From Owenia fusiformis (taxonomy: Eukaryota): a stretch of DNA of 64,000 nucleotides. The notes under the pieces are model-generated. The model saw only the letters and a list, made by a program, of their open reading frames with translations. It was not told the DNA's origin and did no database searches. The position numbers were made by a program, and so were the translations under genes. The DNA is taken from positions 16,058,001-16,122,000 of the forward strand of contig CAIIXF020000001.1 of NCBI GenBank assembly GCA_903813345.2, read 5' to 3'. Shown here one piece after another: positions 1-11,900 of the stretch (position 1 is the first letter of the stretch; each line of letters opens with the position of its first letter).

Positions 1-628
1 TTGCATTTAGTTTGTCATAATGGTGAATGTTGAAATTGGGTATTCTTGCAAGGTCGAGTGCTAGTTGTTCCCTGAGATCAAGTATAAAGTAATAGGGGGC
101 AAGAAAAGAATAGGTTTTGGGTTGTCTGAGATCGAAAACCGCACAAACATTGAGGGAACTGTGAACTGTGAAGTATATGTTCCATTTTTGAAAGTTGCAG
201 AATATACAAAGATTAAAATAACCAAAGTACTTGTAAAATGATATGACAAAATCAAAATAATATAATTTAGTTGGTTCATTTATCATCATCCTTTATATGT
301 AGTAAAATTAATGTATTTAGTAGATAAGGTTAAACCACATCTGGACATTAGGTAACATACAGGGTCACAATGACCTGTTAATGTCACAGGTGGAAATTCT
401 ACTCTCCCCCTTGATACAATGGTTTGAGTGATTTATATGTAGGTTCTCTTTTTAAATGTTGCCCTTTGTCCTTTTCAATTCGAGAAATGAAATATCGGGC
501 CCGGAACATAATTAGTGGTGGTGGTGGTTTTGGCAAAGGGAGTCCCAGATATTTAAAATCAACAATTTGGGCAACGGTTCCCTCAAAATAATATACAATG
601 AGATTTCAGAGAAGAGGGATATAATGAA

Positions 629-742
629 TAACAAGGCATAAACATGCAAAATGTCACCACCTGCCATATGTTACAGATACCCAACTCCGAACGTCAACCA
701 CCAAATGACAGAGGCCAAACACCACTTGTGGTAATGACATAA
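629..742 (-). mobile_element. Helentron-associated non-autonomous element (HINE/DINE-like), family A; representative of about 13 copies
   Basis: Shared AACAAGGCATTAACATGCAAAATGTCACCACCTGCCATTT...ATGTCACCACTTGTGGTGGTGACATAAAA (subterminal IR, hairpin, CA-rich core). Other full or partial copies at about 12082, 18274, 21630, 22740, 26322, 29520, 33123, 43610, 45133, 45560, 46144 and 57738. Confidence 0.7.
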
Positions 743-1182
743 TATTATACTGTCATCATGTAATCTGTTTCATTATTAAGACTTGATGAAATAGTAATTG
801 CATGTAGTCCTATCAAACATTTTGAAATTAATCATCGTACAATATTATATACATGTAGTATACATTTAGTTGATTTTTCGTGTCAACATATTCCAGTTGC
901 CCCGATCATGAGGTATGTTGTTTAAACTTTGTGAAAGTATGAGCACCTAATAATTAAATGAGAGTTGATTTTAGGTTTAAAATAATACAATTTAACAAAT
1001 TCAAAACATTTTCAAAATACATATTCAAAAAATATAGTCCCAATAAATAGATTATTATTACCAAGCAAGTGAAGTTCACAGCATGTTATACATGCACATG
1101 CCCAATGGGTTAGAACGTCATGTTAAACAGTGCATGAAGGTGACTAACAAAATTATTAAGGCATTTCATCAAGGTGACTTAC

Positions 1183-1207
1183 TGTGAACGAAAGTGTGCA
1201 ACTTCAT
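1183..1207 (-). CDS. Candidate 25-nt exon of the same minus-strand gene
   Basis: CATTTCAG acceptor and GTAAGT donor flank ATGAAGTTGCACACTTTCGTTCACA. No other support. Confidence 0.3.
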
Positions 1208-1548
1208 CTGAAATGATGGGTCATTAAACTGTAGTAATTTTTCACATTTACGTCAGTGCAGCCTTTTTCATGCCAAAAGTCCCAAATTTTATTGCCAAAA
1301 TCAAAAGGCGGGCTTTTTAGATGACGCATTTCAATCTATTTTCGAGTTGTTTTTCTGGTAAATGCAGTTCAATGTTTCAGATATGATTTGATATTGTTTT
1401 AAAAGATTTGGACATGAGTGATATTTTAACACAAATAGCTCTTAAAACTGATCAAAAGAAATGATCACTTTGCAACACACCTTACTTTCTATTCACAAGG
1501 TCAAAGCAAACTACAGTTCATTTGGTTCAATACTTCTTCACTACAATC

Positions 1549-1725
1549 ATACAGAAAAAACCTGTCTAAATGGAACACCTTTGGGACCTCTAAATAGCGT
1601 TCCACTTGGGAGGTGTTCCACTTATAAAGGTTCATTTAACATTAAGCCATTTGGTCTTGGGAGTCTGAAGTGTTCTACTAACAGAGGTGTTCTACTTCAG
1701 AGGTGTTCCACTTCACAGCTTTCCT
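1549..1725. mobile_element. Decayed MITE with AGGTGTTC subterminal repeats
   Basis: TACAGAAAAAACCTGTCT start and repeated AGGTGTTCYACT. Related CAGTAAAAC(C/T)TGTCT starts occur at about 18782 and 47427. Confidence 0.5.
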
Positions 1726-2930
1726 TTCCTTGTCACTTTTTAATTTAAATTATCTGGAGGCAATGTAGCTTGTAATAGTAGGTTTATAGATGAAGAACTT
1801 TTATAAACATGCAAATCAAACTTTTTTAAGTCGTGAAGCATCTGTTTTCATATAGTTTCACTAAGTTTATTTAGAATAAATAAAATTATAAATACTGAAC
1901 GATACTTTTATATGCCATCTTCCACACAATCTAACATGATGGGAAATATCATTCGGGTTAATAATAAAGCAACATGGATAAACGCACAATTGTAAGTATA
2001 ATTTTTTTCTTCATTTTTTTACAATTCTCTATATTTCGGAAGAAATAGCATGACTAAAAGTTAAAATACAAATATGATGCAACATAAAAATATATAATGC
2101 AAAGTGATGAATGATGAAATAAAAAAAGAACTTTCTTCTGTGGACCATATCCCTAAAAACACTTGATCTTCATCAATTTGTACTACATAATTTAATACAT
2201 TGTACATCTAATACACATATTGGTTGAAGTGTATTGTCAACATTCAAGTTCCCACTTGGTATTAAAGACATGCTTCACATTGACTTTCAAAGATTGAATT
2301 TCAAGTGAAGATCTTTGAGTGGCGGAATTAAAAATCATCAAACAATACAAAAGTGTAAAATCACACCTTATTCTCAATGTAAATCATTATACAGTAAATT
2401 GTGATCATCTACTTTCAGTCAGTCTACTCTTGAATACTATTCATTCCATTTTTTTTACTTTCCTATCAAAATAACTAGAATTTGTGCAAATATCCATACC
2501 TTATACACAAATATTTATTAGTTTTAAAATTGTTTTATACATGCATATTAGCTTTCAAAACACATTGCTGCATTCAATTAAAGCTTATCTTTTCAAATCA
2601 TTACATTTTCAACAATGACCTGTTTTGGTATTTCGGCATTGAATTTTAAAAAAACTGACATAGTTTAGGTGACATACATGTAGTTATGAAGAGAGCAAAA
2701 ATATACTTTTCTTTTTTGTAACTTTATAAAAATATTTTCTCTTTGTCATTTTTTAAAATGATATTTGGAATGGAAACTTAAGATCCTACTTTATTAAACA
2801 CGATTCATTGAGACCAATGAAGTTTCAGCTCATATATATGACAGATTATTCATTTAGAACTCCTGAACTCACAGGCACTAACCAGACCTCGGCATACCAT
2901 GAGCATTAGAGGAACCACATTGAGCTGAAC

Positions 2931-3117
2931 CAGGCCTGTAGCCAGGATTTGACAAGGGGGGTTCATTTTTTTTAAATTCCAGGGGGGTTCACATTTGACC
3001 ATTTTGGCCCCCACGTCATTAGAAAAGTGCTCAGAATGATGAAAACCTGAATTATTTTGAATTTTTTTGGCCAGACGGGTTTCACTCACACATACCCCCT
3101 CCCTAGCTATGGGCCTG
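2931..3117. mobile_element. hAT-like MITE
   Basis: CAGGCCTGTAGC...GCTATGGGCCTG termini with inner G and C runs. The TSD is degenerate. Confidence 0.6.
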
Positions 3118-3858
3118 AGCTTGCTGAAACATATAGCCATGTGCCTTAGCCGAGCAAGCTCATGGTATCATGAGATCTGACTAATAACTGTGTGAAATGA
3201 GAATTTGTATTACAAATCACAGCAAACATCTACAGATCACGAAAAATAACACAGCTCCATCTTTTAACTATTAAGGGAATGAAGTCTATATTTCATCCAT
3301 ATCCATTTGAATTAAGAAAACTTACATGTGAGATGTGACCAGGTTATGAAATGATGTTTTCAAGTTTTATTTGTACATGAATGATTTTATGATATCTCTA
3401 GGTTAAATAGGACCTGACTGAATAGCCATAACCTATATCATCTCTACCTTTTCTTATTCAAAACTGTAATACAGACACATTTCACAGTATAATAAAATGT
3501 GAAATAATTTCAAATCATTTCTGATGAAAGCTCTAACCCAAGTTGTTGAATGTCTTTATTTTGACCCTCTTAAATAATAACATCATTTTTTTTATCTCAT
3601 TTTCAAGCTAATTGAAAGTGGGATTAAAACAGAAAATATTTTGCAAAACATGATAAAACAAAACATGACAAAACAAGATACCTTGATGACAGACTTCTTA
3701 CAGAACTGAATTTTATTTACTTTGATGGCACATTTATTATATAATTGACTTGCATTAACTTGGATGGGGGGTGCCTTTTAAAATACATAAAATAAAAAAG
3801 AAACATTTTAGATGCCTTGATGCCAAATCCCTTATTTAATTAAGTGACTTGTTCTTAC

Positions 3859-3917
3859 CTTCATAGCTGGCCCCTTGATACTGCAGGCCCTGTTCTGGCA
3901 TAACTGAATTTCCTCAT
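3859..3917 (-). CDS. Internal coding exon of an unidentified minus-strand gene ((D/Y)EEIQLCQNRACSIKGPAMK)
   Basis: Pyrimidine tract plus TTTGCAG acceptor (3918-3945) and AAG|GTAAGA donor. The 59-nt exon is open only in the phase 1 to phase 0 frame. Confidence 0.65.
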
Positions 3918-3947
3918 CTGCAAATAAAGTAAAAGAAAAAATAAAGG

Positions 3948-4687
3948 TGTAGAATAGTATAAACTAGTAATTTGGTATGTTTTCAGTAAGAACTCCTCCC
4001 CCGTCAAGTTAGAGAAGTAAGTAGAGACTCAAGTCAAGACTCAAGTCAAGATAAAGACACAGTCAAGTCAAAGTCAAGGCACAGAACAATTAAAAGTCAA
4101 GGCACAGAACAATTTGCAAGCCAAAGTCAAGGCACAGAACAATTGTACCTTCACGATTAGAAGGCAAAGGCACAGAAGTTCTTAGAGATATAGAATCAGC
4201 GTATATGTTCATTAGTGATTAAAGTGAGATAGATACTTTGTGTTCTTAGTTGATTAACAATTAAAGTGAGAAAGAGACTCATTGAAGAAGTGGTGAAGTT
4301 ATTATAATTAAAGTGAGATAGAGTTTAAGATAGTTAAGGTTATTAAGATAGATTTGTGTATGTTTGATTGACCAGTCAGGTAGACACAATGTCATTGTTA
4401 GGTACAATATCAGCAATAGCAAGGGAATTCCATGATTCAAGAAGGGTGAGTTAGATAAGTGGAAAATATTGAAGAAGCAAATTAAGAGAAGATCATATTG
4501 GGAGCAAAGACGCTTGGGACTACGAAAGAGTAAATACAGAATTAAGAAGAAGTGTATATTCATAATTAAGGAAGTTGAGTACAAACCAAATTAGAACATT
4601 TGAAGTGATAGTACATTACATGAGGTAGCTTCTGGTCAACACCCCAGGCGAGAACAGAGTCAGTAGGTAAGATAACACTCTTTTATA
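3948..4687 (+). repeat. 5' LTR of the Gypsy element
   Basis: Starts TGTAGAATAGT and ends ACTCTTTTATA. Contains tandem AAGTCAAGGCACAGAACAATT units and repeated ATTAAAGTGAGA. Duplicated at 9964-10703. Confidence 0.95.
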
Positions 4688-4688
4688 T

Positions 4689-4697
4689 TGGTGGCAG
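4689..4697 (+). promoter_or_regulatory. Primer binding site, tRNA-Leu-like
   Basis: TGGTGGCAG lies 1 nt after the LTR and is complementary to the CUGCCACCA 3' end of tRNA-Leu (recalled). The match appears to stop after about 9 nt. Confidence 0.7.
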
Positions 4698-4699
4698 TA

Positions 4700-7600
4700 A
4701 TGGCAGACGCAAACGCGCCTCACGAGGGGAATGAAGCAGACCCAGTACAGCCTCAAGGGGGTCAACAGGGGAATCCAGGTCGGGAATATAGGAAAGCAGT
4801 TACCCCTAGGGCATTTGATGCAGGTTCAGCATCCTGGGATACATGGTTGAAGCATTTTGATAGAGTTTCTGCGGCGAATAACTGGCCTGATGCTACTAAG
4901 GTGATCATGCTTGGAACAGTAATTTCCGGGAAGGTGTTGGAGGAATACGAACGGCTATTAGATGAGATGGAAGATATGTCATATGCTGACCTAGCCAAGG
5001 CAATTGGGAAGGAGATTAAGCCCACGAGGAAGATTGCAATGGACAAGTACCTGGCAATGGTTATTGGTACCGACTCTCCAAAAGCATTTTTCTCTAAACT
5101 TTGGGACCAGTCAAAGCTCGTATATCCTGCGGATGAAGTTGGTAATGCAGCAAGACTGATATTAGTGAAAACACAATTCTTACAGGCTTTACCCTCCAAT
5201 CTAGTGGAAGATGTGGCCAAACAGACGGATATCCAGGCACTGGCCAAAGATGAACTACTAACAGCAGTTACTAGGGTATGGGAAGCTACGCGGCAGAGTA
5301 AAACTACCACAGATAAAGCAGTAGTAGGGGCAGTAGGGGGTGTATCGGAAGACAGAATGACTAAACTGGAATCGGAAATTCAAGAACTGAAACAGTTGAT
5401 GGTTACGTCAATGTCTATTAAGGGTGAAGGTAGAAATAATCATGTAGAACCCCAACAGTCATCGCAGCAATCACAGCCGAGGCGATGTTATAATTGTGAT
5501 AAGCCAGGCCATATAGCAAAGGATTGTTGGTCACGGAAGGAGATGCAGCCCAGGAGACCATTGCGGTGCTTTAATTGTTCTGGGACTGGACATATGGCAA
5601 GGGATTGTCCCTCGCCCAAGCAAAGCAAATCAGTTGGGAATACTTCTCAACAGAGTGATTCTACAGAGGCTGATGGAAGTAAGTCTCAGAAGATAGCAGC
5701 AATAGATGCCCCATCTCCATCAGCCTTGCTTATACGGGTTGGTATTGGTACTTGTCAGCCAGACCAATGGATGATGTGGATGATTGATACAGGGGCTAAG
5801 ATATCGGTTGTTGATCATGTCACGTACAAAATGCAACTTGCGGATTATGCACTTGATACAACTGGATCTTCAATTGATTGTGTATCTGCAGATGGTTCTG
5901 GTATCAGTGTGCTGGGGAAGGTGTCTATTACTTTGTGGTTTGGTGAGAGAAAGCTTACTCAACCCATATATGTGATTCAGGGTGCGACTAGAACAGCTCT
6001 ACTAGGTCAGGACGTCCTCAGTCAGTTTTCATGTTGGAGTGTCAAGAAGAAAGAAAGAGTCATAGTTTTGGATGAAGAGAGGATGGACCTATGTGAAGCC
6101 CCCAGTTCGCTGAACAAAGTGTGCAATGTTTCATTGGCTGCGGATGTTATTGTTCCTGGAGAAAGTATGTCTTGGGTAGAAGCCAAACTGCCAGAGCGCA
6201 TTCACGGTGTTTCAGGAATATTTACTCCAGATGATCATCTTTCAAGAAAGAAGCACATATTAGCAGCAAAAGGTCTTTGCAGGACAGATGCCCTCAAATG
6301 CTCAGTGCAAGTGAAAGTGATGAATCCAGAATCTACACCCAGGCCACTGTATAAAGGAACTAAAATGGGAATATTTTCACCTGCTGCATTGCAGGACTAT
6401 GAAAAGGTTTATGATCCATTTGGGGAGGAGTTACAGGGTAGCAATACCTTGCCAATATGGAACACCATCCAACAAGTATCAGTGGAGCCTAATTTATTTA
6501 CTGAGGCCCGAGATTGCTGGAGGGGAGAAGTAAATCATCTCTCAAATGAGCAGGTGGAGGAACTCATGACAACTTTAGATGAGTATGAGGAAATATTTTC
6601 AAAAACTGAAGGAGATCTCGGGAACACATCTTTGATCAAGCATCGCATTGAATTAAAAAGTGATAAAGTGATTCATCGTCGACCATACCGTTATAGTCCA
6701 AAAGAAATGGAGATTATTGATGCTGAGGTGGAGAAGTTGCTAGATAATGGTGTAATACAGCCATCAGTTTCACCATATTCGTCACCAGTATTGCTTGTAC
6801 CAAAGAAAGGGGGTAAATGGAGATTTTGCCATGATAGTCGATTTTTGAATGATGAAACAGTAGACCAGCATTACCCCATACCATTGATTCAGGATGCCAT
6901 AGATGGTCTTGCTGATGCTATGTACTTTACAACGCTCGACGCCACAAGTGGGTATCACCAGGTGACTTTAGATGAAAAGAGTAGGCAGTATACAGCATTT
7001 TCTACACGAACTGGGCATTGGGAATTTGTGCGAATGCCTTTTGGACTCAAGGGAGCTCCTCACACATTTCAGAGGTTGATGGGGCTAGTAATGAAGGGCC
7101 TGACACATACAGAGGTGCTGGTTTACATGGATGACGTGGTTGTCTTCTCTAAGACATTTGAGGGTCATATCAGAGCCCTGCGTAAAGTTTTTGAGAGACT
7201 TAGACAACACAACATTCGCCTAAACCCTAAGAAATGTAAATTCTGTCAAGAATCTGTATTGTATTTGGGTTATTTGGTAGACAACAAAGGAGTTCGACCC
7301 AATCCAGAAGCAGTGAGAGTTATCAATGAGTTACCAGTGCCTACAACAGTTGCTCAAGTTCAAAGGTTCCTTGGAAAAGTGAACTACTATAGAAGGTTCA
7401 TAAAGGACATGGCCTCAATAGCAAAACCCCTATATGATGCTGTCAAGACTGGGAAGGAACATAGAAAAAGGGACATATCCTTGTCTGTTGCTCAAATTAC
7501 GGCATTTCAAAGTTTGAAGGACATTCTGATCTCCTATGATGTCATGGCATATCCAAGATTTGATAGACCTTTTATTGTTGACACTGACGCATCTTCTCAT

Positions 7601-9856
7601 GCACTGGGAGCAAGTATTTCCCAAAAGGATGATAGTGGTCAGGAAAGACCAGTGCATCATGCATCGACAACACTAAGCAAAGAACAAAAAAACTATTCAA
7701 CAACTGAGAGAGAGTGCCTTGCGTTAGTGTTTGCAGTCCAACAATTTAGACAGTATCTTCATGGTACAAAATTTGTATTTAGAACGGATCATAATCCATT
7801 GACTTGGCTAAGAAAAGTGAAGGAACCAAAGGGTCGATGGGCCAGATGGCTCATGCTTTTGGAAGAGTTCCCTTATGAGATTCAGTACAGAAAAGGTACG
7901 CAGCATGACAATGCAGATTTTTTGTCAAGACTAGAAGACCAGAAGGATCTCTCTGCTCCTACCAAGTCAAGAGGTACTCAGACAGGAAATACAGAAAATG
8001 TAGCTCCAGACACACAGCTTCAGAAGGTAGAAGTGAAGATACCAGACATTTCCTGTACACATCCTACATTGGTGACTAAGGAGGTCATACCTGGATGCAA
8101 CATAGACAGCAGACCTAGTGAAGTGGCAACAGATAAGAATGTAGAGGAGAAGAAGAATATGAGTGTGGAACAGGAAGTTAATCCCAACAATGAAAGGATA
8201 CAAGAATTTCAGTCCATGTTGAATTCAACAGTTCTCAAGCAAGATCAAAGAAATGATGCAGTCATTGGCCCAGTAATTAAGTGTCTTGATGGGGAGGAGC
8301 CTGAGTCTTCATTAGAGAAGAGTGACCGACAAGTGAAATGGCTTTATGGACAAAGGAAGTTATTGGAAATAATAAATGGGATATTGTACAGGAAGATATC
8401 AAGAAAGGAAGGACTTAAACCCATCCTGCAAATAGTTCTACCTTTATGTTGGAGGGAACTTGTTCTGGAAGAATTACATGACAGCGTGATGTCTGGGCAT
8501 TTGGGAACAGAGAGAACAGCAGAGAGAGTTCGTCTGAGGTTTTACTGGTGTGGTTATCTGAAGGATGTTGAAACGTGGTGTAAGAGTTGTGTGGAGTGCC
8601 AAAAGAGGCACATGCCTCAAGCTAAAATGAAAGCGCCGTTAACAAACATCCCAGTGGAGGGACGTCCTTTCGAAGAGATCGCTTTAGATTTTGTTGAGCT
8701 TGAACCCACTCCGAGGGGAAACCGTTATGCTATGGTAGTTCAGGATTATTTCACGAAATGGGTGGAGGGTTATCCAATGAAAGATATAAAGACAGAACGA
8801 GCAGCCTCTATTTTGGTGCGTGAATGGCTCAGCAGATTTGGATGTCCAGTTTCAATAAACTCAGACCAGGGGACGCAGTTCGAATCTAAACTCTTTAAGG
8901 AACTATGTCGTATCATTGAGTGTAAGAAGAGGCGCACTTCGGCATACCATCCAAGAACAGATGGGATGGTTGAGAGGGCAAACAGGAGCTTGATCAGCAT
9001 TCTATCAAAATATGCGGTGGAAGAAAGAGACTGGGACTTGAAATTACCGTTGGCGCTATTTGCCTACAGGACAAGTGTCCATACTTCAACAGGATTTTCT
9101 CCATTTATGCTGGCTTTCGGGAGGGAAGCCCATGTACCTTTGGATTGGATTGTAGGAGAGAGTTTCCCATGTGAAAAAATGTCCACACAGAAGTGGGTAA
9201 ACACCTTTCAACAGGACATGAGGAAAGTCTACAAATCAGTACAACAGAACATTGGAACTGCACAGCATAGACAAAAGGTGAATTATGACAAGGATGTGAA
9301 AGGAAAGTATATACAATACAAAGCAGGAGACAAGATAATGCTATATGACCCCACAGCCAGAGGTAAAGAAGGTAAACTTCATAATCCTTGGATTGGGCCA
9401 TGTGTCATAAGAGATAGGACAAGCCCAGTCACTTTCCGAGTCAAGCTACCTGGTGGACGACTGATCCATGTGAATTATGACCGGCTTAAGAAATTTGTTG
9501 ACAGAAGACTGTGCCAGGGCAACAAACAAAATGTTCCTACAGAAGATCAGAATGTACCAGATGTTTTGTCAAGTCAAGAACCAGTAGAAGGGGATAATGA
9601 CGAAGTAGACAGTGAGTGGGATGAAGAGTCACAAAATCATCATTTGATAGGTAATGGTGACCGAGAGATATCAGACTCTGAGTCTGGTTCATCCATGGGA
9701 GATGAACCATCAGATATCTCAGCTCCAGAGGATGACTTCAGCTGGGAACCAGATGAGCTACCTTATAATGACCATGGGTACAGTGAGAAGTTTCCTAGGC
9801 ATTATTGTGATGTAGATCCTTCAAACATACTTCCCAGAGGATCACGTCGGAAGTAG
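4700..9856 (+). CDS. Gag-Pol polyprotein (capsid, two CCHC knuckles, aspartic protease, RT, RNase H, integrase)
   Basis: Uninterrupted ORF with first ATG at 4700. Motifs: [14 protein letters not shown] and [14 protein letters not shown]; protease [21 protein letters not shown] and YMDD; RNase H DTDAS and ERECLA; integrase HHCC zinc finger and DDE core (LDFV, SDQG, ERAN). Confidence 0.97.
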   Translation: MADANAPHEGNEADPVQPQGGQQGNPGREYRKAVTPRAFDAGSASWDTWLKHFDRVSAANNWPDATKVIMLGTVISGKVLEEYERLLDEMEDMSYADLAKAIGKEIKPTRKIAMDKYLAMVIGTDSPKAFFSKLWDQSKLVYPADEVGNAARLILVKTQFLQALPSNLVEDVAKQTDIQALAKDELLTAVTRVWEATRQSKTTTDKAVVGAVGGVSEDRMTKLESEIQELKQLMVTSMSIKGEGRNNHVEPQQSSQQSQPRRCYNCDKPGHIAKDCWSRKEMQPRRPLRCFNCSGTGHMARDCPSPKQSKSVGNTSQQSDSTEADGSKSQKIAAIDAPSPSALLIRVGIGTCQPDQWMMWMIDTGAKISVVDHVTYKMQLADYALDTTGSSIDCVSADGSGISVLGKVSITLWFGERKLTQPIYVIQGATRTALLGQDVLSQFSCWSVKKKERVIVLDEERMDLCEAPSSLNKVCNVSLAADVIVPGESMSWVEAKLPERIHGVSGIFTPDDHLSRKKHILAAKGLCRTDALKCSVQVKVMNPESTPRPLYKGTKMGIFSPAALQDYEKVYDPFGEELQGSNTLPIWNTIQQVSVEPNLFTEARDCWRGEVNHLSNEQVEELMTTLDEYEEIFSKTEGDLGNTSLIKHRIELKSDKVIHRRPYRYSPKEMEIIDAEVEKLLDNGVIQPSVSPYSSPVLLVPKKGGKWRFCHDSRFLNDETVDQHYPIPLIQDAIDGLADAMYFTTLDATSGYHQVTLDEKSRQYTAFSTRTGHWEFVRMPFGLKGAPHTFQRLMGLVMKGLTHTEVLVYMDDVVVFSKTFEGHIRALRKVFERLRQHNIRLNPKKCKFCQESVLYLGYLVDNKGVRPNPEAVRVINELPVPTTVAQVQRFLGKVNYYRRFIKDMASIAKPLYDAVKTGKEHRKRDISLSVAQITAFQSLKDILISYDVMAYPRFDRPFIVDTDASSHALGASISQKDDSGQERPVHHASTTLSKEQKNYSTTERECLALVFAVQQFRQYLHGTKFVFRTDHNPLTWLRKVKEPKGRWARWLMLLEEFPYEIQYRKGTQHDNADFLSRLEDQKDLSAPTKSRGTQTGNTENVAPDTQLQKVEVKIPDISCTHPTLVTKEVIPGCNIDSRPSEVATDKNVEEKKNMSVEQEVNPNNERIQEFQSMLNSTVLKQDQRNDAVIGPVIKCLDGEEPESSLEKSDRQVKWLYGQRKLLEIINGILYRKISRKEGLKPILQIVLPLCWRELVLEELHDSVMSGHLGTERTAERVRLRFYWCGYLKDVETWCKSCVECQKRHMPQAKMKAPLTNIPVEGRPFEEIALDFVELEPTPRGNRYAMVVQDYFTKWVEGYPMKDIKTERAASILVREWLSRFGCPVSINSDQGTQFESKLFKELCRIIECKKRRTSAYHPRTDGMVERANRSLISILSKYAVEERDWDLKLPLALFAYRTSVHTSTGFSPFMLAFGREAHVPLDWIVGESFPCEKMSTQKWVNTFQQDMRKVYKSVQQNIGTAQHRQKVNYDKDVKGKYIQYKAGDKIMLYDPTARGKEGKLHNPWIGPCVIRDRTSPVTFRVKLPGGRLIHVNYDRLKKFVDRRLCQGNKQNVPTEDQNVPDVLSSQEPVEGDNDEVDSEWDEESQNHHLIGNGDREISDSESGSSMGDEPSDISAPEDDFSWEPDELPYNDHGYSEKFPRHYCDVDPSNILPRGSRRK

Positions 9857-9950
9857 AAACCTATAATGTATTAGACAAAATGTGTTATAGTTAGATTTCC
9901 ATTATAGTTAAAGTTACCTAGTATAAAGTTAAAGTATTAAGTTTAGATCT

Positions 9951-9963
9951 AGGGAGGGAGGAG
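9951..9963 (+). promoter_or_regulatory. Polypurine tract
   Basis: AGGGAGGGAGGAG directly abuts the 3' LTR. Confidence 0.9.
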
Positions 9964-10703
9964 TGTAGAATAGTATAAACTAGTAATTTGGTATGTTTTC
10001 AGTAAGAACTCCTCCCCCGTCAAGTTAGAGAAGTAAGTAGAGACTCAAGTCAAGACTCAAGTCAAGATAAAGACACAGTCAAGTCAAAGTCAAGGCACAG
10101 AACAATTAAAAGTCAAGGCACAGAACAATTTGCAAGCCAAAGTCAAGGCACAGAACAATTGTACCTTCACGATTAGAAGGCAAAGGCACAGAAGTTCTTA
10201 GAGATATAGAATCAGCGTATATGTTCATTAGTGATTAAAGTGAGATAGATACTTTGTGTTCTTAGTTGATTAACAATTAAAGTGAGAAAGAGACTCATTG
10301 AAGAAGTGGTGAAGTTATTATAATTAAAGTGAGATAGAGTTTAAGATAGTTAAGGTTATTAAGATAGATTTGTGTATGTTTGATTGACCAGTCAGGTAGA
10401 CACAATGTCATTGTTAGGTACAATATCAGCAATAGCAAGGGAATTCCATGATTCAAGAAGGGTGAGTTAGATAAGTGGAAAATATTGAAGAAGCAAATTA
10501 AGAGAAGATCATATTGGGAGCAAAGACGCTTGGGACTACGAAAGAGTAAATACAGAATTAAGAAGAAGTGTATATTCATAATTAAGGAAGTTGAGTACAA
10601 ACCAAATTAGAACATTTGAAGTGATAGTACATTACATGAGGTAGCTTCTGGTCAACACCCCAGGCGAGAACAGAGTCAGTAGGTAAGATAACACTCTTTT
10701 ATA
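9964..10703 (+). repeat. 3' LTR of the Gypsy element
   Basis: Copy of 3948-4687 at an offset of 6016 bp. Confidence 0.95.
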
Positions 10704-10839
10704 AAGGTACAGCTAAGAGTACAGTTACAATAAGATGTACAGATACAGTTACAATTACAGGTCCCTCAGGTAGATATGCATATCTCCCTCTGGATAAACC
10801 CCATATCCAAAACTTCCCAGTACATAACCCTTATGTATT

Positions 10840-11900
10840 GGATTGTTATGTACTGAATTGTATTGCATGAATTGTACTTAATTAACTTAATTGTATTATC
10901 ATGAATTGTACTTAATTGATTTAATTGTATTATCATGGATTGTACTTAATATTGCATAATAGCCAATTATATTACACTGCTTTAAATTGTATTGCATTAT
11001 CATTTATACATTATCTACTTAACTATATAATCATTGCCTAGTACTAGTAATATACCTGGTATTGATATTAAAACTAAGGGATGTTGCCTTGCCCCATAGT
11101 GGTATCTATCCCTAGTGGGTCCCCACTCAAACATAGGCTTATTTCCACCCTTATCAGAACGTCCTGTTGGCGAACTTGGCCAAAAATGTCCAAACATCTT
11201 AAATTTTCAATTATTTGGCACATTTGCAAAAGCAAACAGCATTTTTGTGAAATTAATCCACTGTCAATAAGCTGCTCTGTGTAATATACAATGATTAATC
11301 CACTTTGCAAAATAGTTTATACACACTGTTATTTGGCATCTAACTAATCCTTTTTGGCTTTTTAAGGTGGTAATCCACTGCATTTTAATAATGTCCATAT
11401 TAATCAGTTATTGAATTTTGAAATTGACAAAATAACTTCCTCATATTTCACAATTAAGTTTTTAAACTCGTAATCTCTGTCAATCTGTGTTATTCTAATT
11501 GGCCTATTTGATCCATCATACTCTATGTTAAAGCAATATTGACTAAATTCTTAATCCAACAGTTCATGTCTGCGTAAATTCAATTCTAAGAATTTAATTC
11601 AAGAGAAAAGTAATTGTTGAACATATCGTGCATATTTCTCGCTATTTATAATCAATGCAGATTGCGGATCAAAGTTTATGTCTTATTTTAATATATCACT
11701 GCAATAAACTTGAATCTTTTATCGATTTAGTTCAACTCTACAGTCTGTCTTATCTAAAATGTGTTGAAATAACTGATAGTGCATTTCACAAAAGTGAGAT
11801 CTTAAAAAGTGAAAATACAACTTTGACCCCTGAAGGTTCAATTTTGCTGATCCAAAGTCACAATAACTTAGTGAATGACTGATATGACAAAATAGATCAC
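10840..11900 (-). mobile_element. Decayed CR1/L2-group LINE 3' fragment with simple-repeat tail
   Basis: The minus strand reads LCLSGDPLGIDTTMGQGNIP, resembling the RLS.H.L.IE.GR...IP C-terminal motif. A TTGTATTATCATG-type tandem tail lies at 10840-11010. Confidence 0.4.

Larger units (their letters stand above)
3948..10703 (+). mobile_element. Full-length Ty3/Gypsy LTR retrotransposon, intact, recent insertion
   Basis: Direct LTRs at 3948-4687 and 9964-10703 (740 bp each, no difference seen by eye). Flanking AAGG at 3944-3947 and 10704-10707 is the TSD; because ATAAAGG recurs at both ends, it could be read as 4-7 bp. PBS follows the 5' LTR, PPT precedes the 3' LTR, and a single ORF has the Gypsy order gag-PR-RT-RH-IN. 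Confidence 0.98.

Noticed and set aside
3682-3705. Possible 24-nt in-frame microexon (FCKKSVIK) on the minus strand
   Set aside because: The acceptor lacks a pyrimidine tract and the donor is weak, so it cannot be supported without RNA data.
4279-4584. 101-aa hydrophobic minus-strand ORF duplicated at 10295-10600
   Set aside because: It lies in the LTRs, has a non-ATG start in the ORF track, and its hydrophobicity follows from the T-rich strand. There is no evidence it is an env or accessory gene.
4762-5310. 182-aa antisense ORF in gag, and other short antisense ORFs within pol
   Set aside because: Shadow ORFs of the real plus-strand CDS, with no recognisable motifs.
9857-9950. Possible env gene in the Gypsy element
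   Set aside because: Only about 95 bp separate the pol stop from the PPT.
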